From positions 63,491 to 127,490 of the forward strand of contig CAMDKS010000001.1 in the NCBI GenBank assembly GCA_945900755.1: a stretch of 64,000 nucleotides of DNA, given 5' to 3'. The stretch comes from Bdellovibrio sp. ZAP7. GTDB lineage: Bacteria; Bdellovibrionota_B; Oligoflexia; Oligoflexales; RGVZ01. Within the stretch, counting starts at the first letter, position 1. Each line of letters begins with the position of its first letter. The notes below the pieces were generated by a model, which had not been told where the DNA came from, did not search any database, and saw nothing but the letters and a program-made list of their open reading frames with translations. Positions 39,269 to 48,066 of this stretch are shown here, one piece after another. A program made the translations under genes and the position numbers.

Positions 39269-40459
39269 ATGGAAAATTCCCAAGTAGCGCCGCAAAAAGG
39301 AATTGTCCCCAGGACAATTAACCTACAAGAATTACTAAGCAAAAAGTCACATTTTTTATTTGGCCCTAGATCCACTGGCAAATCAACAGCCATCGGTCAA
39401 CAGTTAGGCAAAAAGGCCGTAATCGTTAATTTGCTTCGCTCGGCGGTGCAATCAACGCTTCTTAAAAACCCAGAAGAACTCGAGGGCATCATTGATGCGG
39501 CCATCGATTCCAGCACATCAATGGTAGTGATAGACGAAATACAAAAAGTGCCTGCATTGCTTGATGAGGTTCATCGGCTGATCGAAGAACGCAACTTTAG
39601 ATTCTTACTCTCAGGGAGTAGCGCGCGAAAATTGAAGGCTTCAGGTGTCAATCTCTTAGGTGGACGCGCATGGATTTCAAATATGTTCCCTTTTACAACT
39701 GAAGAACTTAAAGAAAATTTTAAACTTGAGCACTTTCTGCGATATGGCGGCCTACCTCATGTCTACTTCAGCTCGTTTCCTCAAGATGAGCTGGAAGCAT
39801 ATATGACAACTTATCTTAACGAAGAAATTAAGATGGAAGGCTTGGTCCGAAAAATTCCTGCGTTTCTAGAATTTCTCCGGCTTGCAGCGATGACTAACAC
39901 TCAAATCCTTAACTTCTCGACCATAGCATCCGACACTGGTGTTAGTGCGACAACGATCAAAGAATACTATGGCATCTTAGAAGATACTTTGATCGGTAGG
40001 TTGGTGCAGCCCTGGGCGAAGTCCACCAAACGAAAAGCAGTGGCCACTGCGAAATTTTATTTTTTTGACACGGGAGTGGCTCACACGTTAGCGGAAACTA
40101 AAACCTTAGACCGCAACTCGGATCTCTACGGACAAAGTTTTGAGCAGTGGATCTTTATGGAGCTTTCCGCCTATCTATCTTATCGTAATCGTAAAGAGAA
40201 ACTTCGGTTCTGGAGGTCTCAGGATCGCCACGAAGTTGACTTTACCATTGGGGACGAGGTTGCCATCGAAGTCAAATCAACTAAGAAAATCAATAGAGAC
40301 GATTTCTTGGGAATTAACGCCTTACGAGAAGAGGGTTTCTTTAAGGCTTTTTTTATCGTCAGTAGCGATCCGGTCGATATCGTAAGAGATGGCGTCCATT
40401 GTTTAAATTGGAAAACATTTTTGCAGCGTCTATGGGCCGACCAAGTGCTCAGAATATAG
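39269..40459 (+). CDS. AAA ATPase with DUF4143-type C-terminal domain
   Basis: 396-aa ORF with Walker A (GPRSTGKST) and Walker B (MVVIDEIQ). The C-terminal half resembles the DUF4143 ATPase family (recall). Confidence 0.7.
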   Translation: MENSQVAPQKGIVPRTINLQELLSKKSHFLFGPRSTGKSTAIGQQLGKKAVIVNLLRSAVQSTLLKNPEELEGIIDAAIDSSTSMVVIDEIQKVPALLDEVHRLIEERNFRFLLSGSSARKLKASGVNLLGGRAWISNMFPFTTEELKENFKLEHFLRYGGLPHVYFSSFPQDELEAYMTTYLNEEIKMEGLVRKIPAFLEFLRLAAMTNTQILNFSTIASDTGVSATTIKEYYGILEDTLIGRLVQPWAKSTKRKAVATAKFYFFDTGVAHTLAETKTLDRNSDLYGQSFEQWIFMELSAYLSYRNRKEKLRFWRSQDRHEVDFTIGDEVAIEVKSTKKINRDDFLGINALREEGFFKAFFIVSSDPVDIVRDGVHCLNWKTFLQRLWADQVLRI

Positions 40460-40714
40460 AGACGAGCGACAAGGAGCAGATCAGACTCAACTGGATTTTT
40501 TCGCTGACAAGCTTATTTAGTTCGCGGAAACGCTCATGGTGGGCATTGCTGCCTTTCGAAATAATGGCCTCGGCATCCTTCAACGCTCGTTCGCAAAAAC
40601 GAGCCAAAGCAATTGGATGAAAGCGACGAAAAAGTTTTCAGTCGGATTCCTTGAGAGCACTCATTTCTGACGCCTTTGCCAAAAACGTTTTGTTCAAAAA
40701 TTTATCGCCACTGG

Positions 40715-42160
40715 TTACAGGCCGAGTTTTTGTCGCAGCATATTTACATCGGCTCGAAAAATATTTCCCGGCGACTTTGCATTTTGTTGTTCGTAGTAAA
40801 GCAAGAGACTTCTGAGTAAGTCACGTCCCTCGGGCGTTTTAGCCGATTGCTTTGGCGTTTTGTCATTCAAGGCTGGCACAGGAATATCAAACCAAGAGTC
40901 CCAATGGTCTTGACTTCTTTTTGCAATCATCGCCCTAGCTTCCGGGGGGAGCTGGTCTAAAGGTATGGCCGCTCCTCTTTCTGGCAATCGTTTTCCATTT
41001 TTCAGGGCTTCAATTTGTGGTTCAATGGGCTCAATCATAGTCGTCTTATATGTTACTTGACCGCGAAGGCGAGTCTCGACTTCCTTACGGATTCGTTTGG
41101 CCCGTTCATGTGAATTTACTTCGATCGTTAGTTGATTCTTATAAATTTTAATGTTCCCAAGAAGTATAGGTCCCGCCAAACGCTTTCTAGCGGTAGGCTT
41201 TCCCCCAAGCCAAGAGATTTTCGCTTCCACGATCTTTCCGTGCTCTGACCTCGCATGGTGCGTTAACTCATCTTCGGTGGCTCCCTCCTGTAGGACCTTT
41301 AATTTATGAAAAGCAAAGTCTGGGTCTTCAATTTGATACATAATTTTTTGCGGCATCAAGGGATCACCATCGGTATTATGCAACTTGATGTTCGGATTAA
41401 ATAATTGCTTGACGATATCTAGATACGTTTCGCGGATAGACTCATCAAACTCCAGAATATCCTCAGAGGTTAACGGCTTTTTCCCAACGGCGCTTTCGAT
41501 AAATTTTCTAAGTTTCAAGATTTCATTTTTGTATATAGGCGGTATTGGATAAGGTGCCGTTGCGATGTTCGAGAATCGATTTGCAAAATACATCGTAGCA
41601 CAAAACATGATTTGTCCGACTTGCAGAGCCAGGGACGCCGTTCGCTCGTTGACTTCAAACTCGCCGTCGGTCAGTAAATCCCGCAAACGCATTCCCGTTC
41701 CTGGGTGGACAGCAACCACCTCACAGAAGCTAAATGGGCACCGATTGGCTGCATTTAAAATCATTTTTTCGTCAGCACTAAGCTGCCGGTCGTTGGCTTC
41801 GAGAAAAGACTCAGCCACGGTGGTGTCAATAGGCGCGCCCAGTTTTACCGTTTCTTCCGGTTCCGTCTCTGTCCAATTAAATAGGAGCCAAGGCATGAAG
41901 GCTTGATTCATCGGTGCTTCGGGGTCAAACCCAACGTCTGTCTCATAATTATTGAAATCGTCCCATGCTTCGTGGAACGCTTCTGGTCCAAAAATCTCGG
42001 CGGCATGGCGCATCAGTCTGGGAATCAATTGAGCCTCGACATGACGCAGGCGCTGGTAGTTAAAATCAACAGCCTTACTGAGATCCTGAGTTGCCAGACA
42101 ACATTTTTTGTACTTCTTGCCACTTCCACAAGTGCATAGATCGTTTCGCCCTACTGTCAT
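40715..42160 (-). CDS. SEC-C-motif metal-binding protein, otherwise uncharacterised
   Basis: CTCGSGKKYKKCC lies at the extreme N-terminus. ATG 42160 is preceded by AAGGAG; the listed ORF starts at 42187. The rest (~460 aa) has no motif I recognise. Confidence 0.6.
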   Translation of the reverse strand: MTVGRNDLCTCGSGKKYKKCCLATQDLSKAVDFNYQRLRHVEAQLIPRLMRHAAEIFGPEAFHEAWDDFNNYETDVGFDPEAPMNQAFMPWLLFNWTETEPEETVKLGAPIDTTVAESFLEANDRQLSADEKMILNAANRCPFSFCEVVAVHPGTGMRLRDLLTDGEFEVNERTASLALQVGQIMFCATMYFANRFSNIATAPYPIPPIYKNEILKLRKFIESAVGKKPLTSEDILEFDESIRETYLDIVKQLFNPNIKLHNTDGDPLMPQKIMYQIEDPDFAFHKLKVLQEGATEDELTHHARSEHGKIVEAKISWLGGKPTARKRLAGPILLGNIKIYKNQLTIEVNSHERAKRIRKEVETRLRGQVTYKTTMIEPIEPQIEALKNGKRLPERGAAIPLDQLPPEARAMIAKRSQDHWDSWFDIPVPALNDKTPKQSAKTPEGRDLLRSLLLYYEQQNAKSPGNIFRADVNMLRQKLGL

Positions 42161-42503
42161 AGACTCACAACTCCTTCGGAGTAACATAATTGAAGTTAGG
42201 AAAATGCATTATTTATTTTCACCAAAAACACCAATGTGTTCGCCAGCCCTGTGGAGAACAGCACCAGCGGACTCTCTCACAGGTGGGCGGACATTTTCAA
42301 CTTCTATTGCAGGTTCATATGAAATTAGGTGTCTTTTTGGTGGTACTTTTGGGTTTAAACTCGCATTTTGGAGCTAGCGTCGTGGAGTTGAATAATAAGA
42401 AAATTAATGGCCGAAGGGATCATAACATCGCCGCTGTGACATTGATTAAGTCTAAAGGCGCTTTCGAAGTTTTAACTGTAATGACAGATTTTGAGGTGCA
42501 AAA

Positions 42504-42818
42504 ATGAAAGTCTATCATGATTCTGAAATTGACTATCTTTCAATAGACTTCACGGATGAGGTTGAGTCGAAGTCTGTATTTAAAGATGGAATTATTATTC
42601 GGTATAACAAAAAAGTCCATGTCATTGGGGTCGATATCACAGACTCAATGAAGCTTTTTGCAAGTTCCGACATGATGACTTTGCAAGAGGCTTGTGCCTT
42701 TTTGGGAATCTCAGAATCTACAATGAGACGAAAGATAAGACATGGAAAGATTAAGTTTGTTAAGCAAGGCAAGGATTATCGCTTTAAAAAATCTGCTATT
42801 ATTAACCTTGCAGCGTAG
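42504..42818 (+). CDS. DUF2283-like domain fused to excisionase-type HTH
   Basis: 104-aa ORF. The N-half MKVYHDSEIDYLSIDF...VIGVDITDS fits DUF2283 (recall). The C-half LQEACAFLGISESTMRRKIRHGKI is an HTH. Confidence 0.6.
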   Translation: MKVYHDSEIDYLSIDFTDEVESKSVFKDGIIIRYNKKVHVIGVDITDSMKLFASSDMMTLQEACAFLGISESTMRRKIRHGKIKFVKQGKDYRFKKSAIINLAA

Positions 42819-42843
42819 GCCTGTCGTCGAAATAGCTTTGATC

Positions 42844-42872
42844 TTGACACAAGTCAAATAATGTGCAATATT
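42844..42872 (+). promoter_or_regulatory. sigma70-like promoter candidate with palindrome over the -35
   Basis: TTGACA at 42844-42849, a 17-nt spacer, then AATATT at 42867-42872. TTGACACAAGTCAA (42844-42857) has 5-bp inverted arms. It lies 33 nt upstream of the 42905 ATG. Confidence 0.45.
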
Positions 42873-42904
42873 CACATAGCCGTTATATAGGAACATTCTG
42901 ACCC

Positions 42905-43195
42905 ATGCAGACCAGGCAATTAACCAAAACAATACGTTCCCTCATAGCTGCCGGTAAAGTTCGTGTCCTTAAACATGCCTGCGAACGAATGGCACTACGA
43001 GGTTACACGTTGCCCGAGGTAGAGCAAATCCTTAGGAGCGGATTCCACGAGCAAAACCACGATGAGTTTGATGGCAAATTTGACACTTGGCGTCACGCTA
43101 TACGGGGGTCAACGATCGACGGACGGCAGACCCGCGTGATAGTAGCAATTGTCGACGATCTTTTGGTAATCTCCGTCGTCGGGCCATTAAAATAA
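42905..43195 (+). CDS. DUF4258-like small protein (putative toxin)
   Basis: 96-aa ORF. VLKHACERMALRGYTLPEVEQIL and the size fit DUF4258 (recall), a family usually paired with DUF2283. Confidence 0.55.
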   Translation: MQTRQLTKTIRSLIAAGKVRVLKHACERMALRGYTLPEVEQILRSGFHEQNHDEFDGKFDTWRHAIRGSTIDGRQTRVIVAIVDDLLVISVVGPLK

Positions 43196-43208
43196 GGAAT
43201 AAAACTTC

Positions 43209-43652
43209 ATGAAAACAAAAAAATCAAAAAATCTTGTCTACGGCGGTCTAGGCTTCCCCATTATTTTTAAAGAGGTCGAGGTAAAAGAAGTGCTAGGAGA
43301 ATTCGTTCCCAACATGAACCACCGCAAACTTCAAGATGATGTGTTCCGAGCTCTTCTCAATGCTCGATTTAAGCTATCAGGATCCCATCTGGCCTTTATC
43401 CGGCATTATATGGGGCTGAAACAGGACGAGTTTGCCCAACGCCTTGGGCTGAGCGGCCATAGTATGATCTCAAAATGGGAAAAAAGGCGCACCATCTCCA
43501 CAGGTATGTCAAATGCCACTGAAGCTGGGGTCCGAATACTTATGCACCAATTTCTCAATGATCCGAAAATTGCCACCAAAGAAGTGACTGATATACTTGC
43601 CGGCGAACTTACTGAGCCGAAGGGGCCTGTTGCTGTGAGCGTGGCTGCATAA
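43209..43652 (+). CDS. MqsA/YgiT-like HTH antitoxin-type protein lacking the zinc-finger cysteines
   Basis: 147-aa ORF with an XRE-type HTH (LSGSHLAFIRHYMGLKQDEFAQRLGLSGHSMISKWEK). The N-terminal layout parallels YgiT-type proteins but contains no Cys. Confidence 0.55.
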   Translation: MKTKKSKNLVYGGLGFPIIFKEVEVKEVLGEFVPNMNHRKLQDDVFRALLNARFKLSGSHLAFIRHYMGLKQDEFAQRLGLSGHSMISKWEKRRTISTGMSNATEAGVRILMHQFLNDPKIATKEVTDILAGELTEPKGPVAVSVAA

Positions 43653-43707
43653 AAAGATTTTCACTTCTGTCCCCATTGTTCACTGAGCCTACCCATGAAA
43701 CACTAGA

Positions 43708-44424
43708 TTAGTGATATTGGGGTTCCTGCTCGGCCAAATCCGTTTTGGCTAGCCACCATACTGGGTCTGGACGTTGGGGGTTAGGTGAAATTTCTGTCTC
43801 TTCACATTGGTCAAAGCATTCCAGTCGGAATTGAAACCCTTCATGAGAGGTGAGGGTTTCGCCAAATTCTTCCCAGGTATATTCAACGCCATCGACAATC
43901 ACAACCGGCGTGCCATCAGCCCGCTGGCAAATCCGACCATTAACAGCTGCGCCTTTGATATAGAGGCGGTCATGATGGAGTTCCGCCCCGAAATCAGACG
44001 AACGCATATAGCGAACGGCGAGGCCCGCCTCAATTTTCTTGTAGAGTTTGGCATAAACTTCCTGGACCGGGGTATCGGGGTGCTCAAGGACAGAAAATTG
44101 ATAACCGCCGGGTGAACCATCAACCAACTCGAACGACTTGATTCCAAGCCCAGTGCTTAGGCGAACATCAAAATAAAAGATATGGGCCTTACCGACTGAG
44201 TCATGCAACATAACGGGGGGGAAATTGACAGTCTCAGGCCTGGGAAACCCGGATTGCATGGCATGAAATTGATTGTAACACTCTGAGCAAAGTTTCTGGC
44301 ATGCGCCTCCATCCTTACTGGTGAGATGAGTAAAGCCGAAGGCGAGATTTTCCTTGCGGCATGTATCGCAAATCTCTGTTGGAATCTGTGATTTTGAATT
44401 TTGCCCAACTTTCTTGTTTTCCAT
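43708..44424 (-). CDS. hypothetical protein with N-terminal zinc ribbon
   Basis: 238-aa ORF with CDTC...CSEC near the N-terminus. AAGGAAG RBS. It lies 28 nt downstream of the 44453-44986 gene. Confidence 0.5.
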   Translation of the reverse strand: MENKKVGQNSKSQIPTEICDTCRKENLAFGFTHLTSKDGGACQKLCSECYNQFHAMQSGFPRPETVNFPPVMLHDSVGKAHIFYFDVRLSTGLGIKSFELVDGSPGGYQFSVLEHPDTPVQEVYAKLYKKIEAGLAVRYMRSSDFGAELHHDRLYIKGAAVNGRICQRADGTPVVIVDGVEYTWEEFGETLTSHEGFQFRLECFDQCEETEISPNPQRPDPVWWLAKTDLAEQEPQYH

Positions 44425-44452
44425 TCAATGTCTTCCTTTCAAATTAGAGAGT

Positions 44453-44986
44453 TCATTCAGCCGAAATGTGGCCGTTTTCTGCTGGCAGATACGGAATCAA
44501 ACCTTTTTTAAACGCAACTTCTTGAACATCCCTTGTGGCGTGCCGTACATCCACAATGAAGCCGTTTATCGAAAGCATCCATGCCATTGGATTTTTGTCG
44601 AGCCTACTTGGGAGTGTCCATTCCGGGGCAAACTGTTGAAGTTTGAGCATTCGCCTTATCGCCATGCATTTTCCCTGGCCCGTGCTTTCCCCGACCCCAA
44701 GTGCCTTATCAATTGCGGTAAGTTTCATATAAGGTTTCGTGCTGGAATCATCAAGAAAATTAACCCATCCAACCGTGCGAATGATTCCACATGCCCAAGT
44801 GTTTGGTTTTCCACTTGCGAATGGCGACGGGCGCTTACGGGCGAGTTTGGCGAATAATTGCTTGCACAGATTGGTATACTCTTCATTGAGATGCTCTCGG
44901 CAAAACATCTCGACGAGGCTTGAAATATCTGAAAAATCGCCCTTTGGGCTTTTGGCGGACATATTCGCCGCAATTTTCTTGGCCAT
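44453..44986 (-). CDS. hypothetical protein
   Basis: 177-aa ORF with an AAAGGG RBS. It is co-oriented and near-contiguous with 43708-44424. No motif I can name with confidence. Confidence 0.5.
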   Translation of the reverse strand: MAKKIAANMSAKSPKGDFSDISSLVEMFCREHLNEEYTNLCKQLFAKLARKRPSPFASGKPNTWACGIIRTVGWVNFLDDSSTKPYMKLTAIDKALGVGESTGQGKCMAIRRMLKLQQFAPEWTLPSRLDKNPMAWMLSINGFIVDVRHATRDVQEVAFKKGLIPYLPAENGHISAE

Positions 44987-45100
44987 TACACTGCCCTTTC
45001 GTCATTTGAAATAAATCTTGTCCTCGTTGCCCGCTTTGCGCTCCTTGCTACCATATAAATCAAGTCGGCGCAATTGTCGTGATTTAAGAGCATCACCGCC

Positions 45101-45289
45101 ATGGTTCTTGACACAATTTCTAACGCTTCTTCAAGCCGTCAAGTTGCCGACTTGTTTGGATTTAGACCAAGGACGAGTTCACAGCTTTGTGCGTCTTGGG
45201 TTGACCAAGGTTTTTTAATGGTCCTAGATTTTTCGAACAAAGGGCGAAAGTACGAACTTGCAAAACAATATCGGAAGCTAATCCCATGA
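45101..45289 (+). pseudogene. isolated winged-helix fragment (possible Fic-family C-terminal remnant)
   Basis: 62-aa ORF. SRQVADLFGFRPRTSSQLCASWVDQGFL...GRKYEL resembles the wHTH tail of larger proteins. No upstream domain is present. Confidence 0.3.
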
Positions 45290-45343
45290 CGCAGGGGATT
45301 ACATCAAACTTTGCCCGGAGCACGAGCGGTTAAATGGCCCTAG

Positions 45344-45505
45344 CACACAGGATGCCACTATTGCGAATTATTTATTGCTGGCAATGCATACACGCGTCTA
45401 CGCAGCCGGATCGTTGTAAACAATGCGGGCATCAATAGCGAGCGACCGGTTGCCATTGAAGAAACATCCGATGATGAGTTTGACCGTGTACTACCGCATT
45501 ATTAA
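45344..45505 (+). pseudogene. short-chain dehydrogenase gene fragment
   Basis: A frame bounded by stops reads ...RIVVNNAGINSERPVAIEETSDDEFDRVLPHY. The NNAG motif and following context are classic SDR, but only ~50 codons remain. Confidence 0.4.
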
Positions 45506-45854
45506 GCTACCAATTTAAAGCTGGTGATTAGACCGTCAACTTCAGGCGACTTTGAGTATCGAACAGCGGAAGTTAGTGTCCGTCGTTTGCTTAGGTCGAT
45601 GACTTGAGACCGTTGCACCAGGGTTGGCCGCGAGGAATCCGGTAGACAACAATATCAAAATAGCGCTTAAAATCACGTTCCAACCACTGACCAAATATGC
45701 CGTCATTGTCGGCGGAATCGACAAAATCACTCTATCCAAAGGAAAACTCGAGGCCATTGGATGGCCTGTTCCGATTTCAACAAAATGATGGCTTTCTGCC
45801 TGCATTCAATCCGGCTTTAATCCCATCCCGAAAGCAAAGCCCTGCGTTGAAATT

Positions 45855-46286
45855 TTAAACTCTTGCCATATTAGACAAGTTATTTTCTGCTGAAGCGTCC
45901 GGCCTGGAACGAAGATATTTTGTTCCACCATGATCCACAACAACGGCATCAATTTCTCCTTTCGTGGCTAACTGAATGGCACGCTTCTTTGTAAGCCAGC
46001 CGAGCTCTTGGACGAAATATTCTAGAATTCGTCCACTCTTGTCCTTTTGCGTGCCAGTAATTTTCTTTTTTAAAGGCAAAACCTGAATTATACCAATTTT
46101 GCGTCCTTCATACTTTTCCATCGCACGCCAAAGTTTTTCAAATTCTGATTTTGTAAAATCTTGAATTTTTCGACTACCTTGCACACCTGTGTGTTTTTGC
46201 AAATAGCGTAAATATTTTTTAGAATTATTCTCCGAGTTTGGCGCATACGCCTTAATGAGGCCCGCAAGATCTCTATTTCCATACAC
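45855..46286 (-). CDS. hypothetical protein with DUF3892-like C-terminus
   Basis: 143-aa ORF. The C-terminal GGTKYLRSRPDASAENNL resembles DUF3892 (recall). Confidence 0.35.
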   Translation of the reverse strand: MYGNRDLAGLIKAYAPNSENNSKKYLRYLQKHTGVQGSRKIQDFTKSEFEKLWRAMEKYEGRKIGIIQVLPLKKKITGTQKDKSGRILEYFVQELGWLTKKRAIQLATKGEIDAVVVDHGGTKYLRSRPDASAENNLSNMARV

Positions 46287-46367
46287 ATTTATTAAAAGGT
46301 CTATGTGGGCAGCATGGCCAGTTTCATAGTCGGGAAATTTGTCCGGCGAAAGCTTCTACAAATCGTG

Positions 46368-46757
46368 TCATTTGACCCTCTTAAAATAATACATTATTGG
46401 AGGACCAAGCTTACATTCGTCAGCCAATTTTACTCCATCTGCAGTCAATGTGAATGTCTCAGGGCAAACATCTCCTCTAAATGGAAGTCTCTTAGCGGTG
46501 TTGCCATGAATTGACGCGAAATAGACCTCCTCATCCTTCTCCTCGCCTGGCCTTTTCTCTTCTCCTGCCTTGAAGTCTCTCCATAGTTCGACCCACAATT
46601 TCTTTCCATCCTTTTCAATCATCAGTCCACCGCCACCGCCCTTCAGCACATACGTTCCTGCCCAGTTCTGAGACTTGTCTTTGGAGTAAGAGTTTTGTGG
46701 GCAAGTGAAAGCCGTGATTAGAGTCACAAAGGCTACAGAATAAATTGAAAACCTCAT
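46368..46757 (-). CDS. small secreted protein
   Basis: 129-aa ORF with an N-terminal signal-like segment (FSIYSVAFVTLITAFT). Confidence 0.45.
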   Translation of the reverse strand: MRFSIYSVAFVTLITAFTCPQNSYSKDKSQNWAGTYVLKGGGGGLMIEKDGKKLWVELWRDFKAGEEKRPGEEKDEEVYFASIHGNTAKRLPFRGDVCPETFTLTADGVKLADECKLGPPIMYYFKRVK

Positions 46758-46837
46758 AAAAGCTCCTCAGTAAGACGCAATTGTGAGTCACATTTTTCAA
46801 ATATGCAACAAACTTTGTAAAATTCACGAGCGGACAA

Positions 46838-47295
46838 ATGGCTCTAGAACACCTGCAGAATTCGGCAATGTTGAATTCCTACCAGGCAGGCCGGACCGCT
46901 TCGCACCCTCTTAGAAGGCAAGGTAAAGTCATTAAGTTTTACCGCGGTCGGGGCAACGCAGAAATTTCATCAAAGAAGACAAGTGCGGCTTTGATCTCAA
47001 GCACTATCCTTGCCAAAAACTCACTGCCAACAAGGGCTACGGGCTTATCACGGCTCACGCAACTTCATACATGCGCTACCTAGCCTTGCTCCAAAAGAGC
47101 AAGATCACGCATTTTGCAAAGGCCACTCGCAATCGACTGATCCACCTGCCTGTCCAGATTAGCCGTCACGCCAGGCATGTGATCTTTAAGTTCTGTGAAC
47201 GTCATATCGCGGAGGTGAATCGCGTCCTACAACAAATCAAAAATCTGCAGTTAGTATTGCATCGACGAATCCAGAAGCAGGCGGATGCTCTTTGA
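46838..47295 (+). mobile_element. IS1380-family-like DDE transposase C-terminal remnant (frameshifted, N-terminally truncated)
   Basis: Two overlapping ORFs join by restoring 1 nt in the A-run at ~46961-46965. The joined reading is YRGRGNAE(N)FIKEDKCGF...KATRNRLIHLPVQISRHARHVIFKF, which matches the conserved tail of IS1380-type transposases. Only ~150 codons remain. Confidence 0.55.
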
Positions 47296-47695
47296 AATTT
47301 GAATAGTATCGATACCATCTTCGCTACATAACCCCGCAGAGTAAATAATAGTGGAGCCTTAAGTCTCCGCTCGGCAAAACTGTGTGTTGATAAGCCTGTT
47401 TGCGAGCAACCTGATAGTGCAAGGGCCATAGCACGAAAAAAATTTAGGCCGCAAAGGAGGAGTGCCAGGAAAAAGACGCACGAATGCCCTCCTGCCGATC
47501 ACGACGCCGCAAAAAAATGCAAGAAGTGATCGCACGAATAAATTTTAACTCTGAAATTTCGGATTTGGGTTCTTCTCGCCTGACACGAGCAGATCAAGGA
47601 AGAGCAAGCGCGAGGACCGAGGTGTACATGTGGTACTCCGAGGGAGTCGCGCGACGCGATGACGCAGAGATGCGAAGTGTATGGCGATGAAGAAG

Positions 47696-47768
47696 CGTCC
47701 CCAACGAGATTCGAACTCGTGTAGCCACCGTGAAAGGGTGGTGTCCTGGGCCACTAGACGATGGGGAC
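47696..47768 (-). tRNA. tRNA-Glu (anticodon UUC)
   Basis: Hand-folded 73-nt cloverleaf: acceptor GTCCCCA/TGGGGAC, anticodon stem CCACC/GGTGG, loop CTTTCAC, T-arm ACGAG-TTCGAAT-CTCGT. CCA is not encoded. Confidence 0.9.
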
Positions 47769-47803
47769 CCAAAAAAAATACCGACTTCTCTTTATGAAAG
47801 AAG

Positions 47804-47876
47804 TGAGCCCGGATGGATTCGAACCATCGACCCGTACATTAAAAGTGTACTGCTCTACCAACTGAGCTACGAGCCC
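47804..47876 (-). tRNA. tRNA-Lys (anticodon UUU)
   Basis: Hand-folded 73-nt cloverleaf: D-arm GCTC-AGTTGGTA-GAGC, anticodon stem GTACA/TGTAC, loop CTTTTAA, T-arm GATGG-TTCGAAT-CCATC. The acceptor has two G-U pairs. Confidence 0.9.
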
Positions 47877-48066
47877 GCGGTCTTCAACAATGAAAACATC
47901 GAGGCAGAAGTATGTATAAAAACCACGAGCCTTCGTCAACGTCAATTTGCACAATCCAGACATTTATTTTACCTCTGACTAAAATTCGGTCGGAGATGCC
48001 TGAAACCATTGATTCTTCGGCCATCCTAGCCTATTGTGCCCTTGCTCAAAAAACTAGGGAGAAATA

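Noticed and set aside
40399-40620. 73-aa plus-strand ORF and a ~55-codon minus-strand frame in the ATPase/SEC-C convergent gap, plus the hairpin CTCGTT-CGCAAA-AACGAG at about 40584-40601
   Set aside because: Neither frame has a convincing start, RBS or motif. The hairpin lacks a U-tract on either strand, so I would not call it a terminator.
45542-45805. 87-aa minus-strand ORF with one hydrophobic segment
   Set aside because: It lies in the fragment graveyard with no RBS or recognisable family. It may be real, but the evidence is too weak to list.
47879-47945. Promoter for the tRNA-Lys/tRNA-Glu pair (two overlapping TTGACG boxes on the minus strand)
   Set aside because: I could not pair either -35 candidate with a -10 hexamer at 16-18-nt spacing that matches better than 3-4 of 6 positions.
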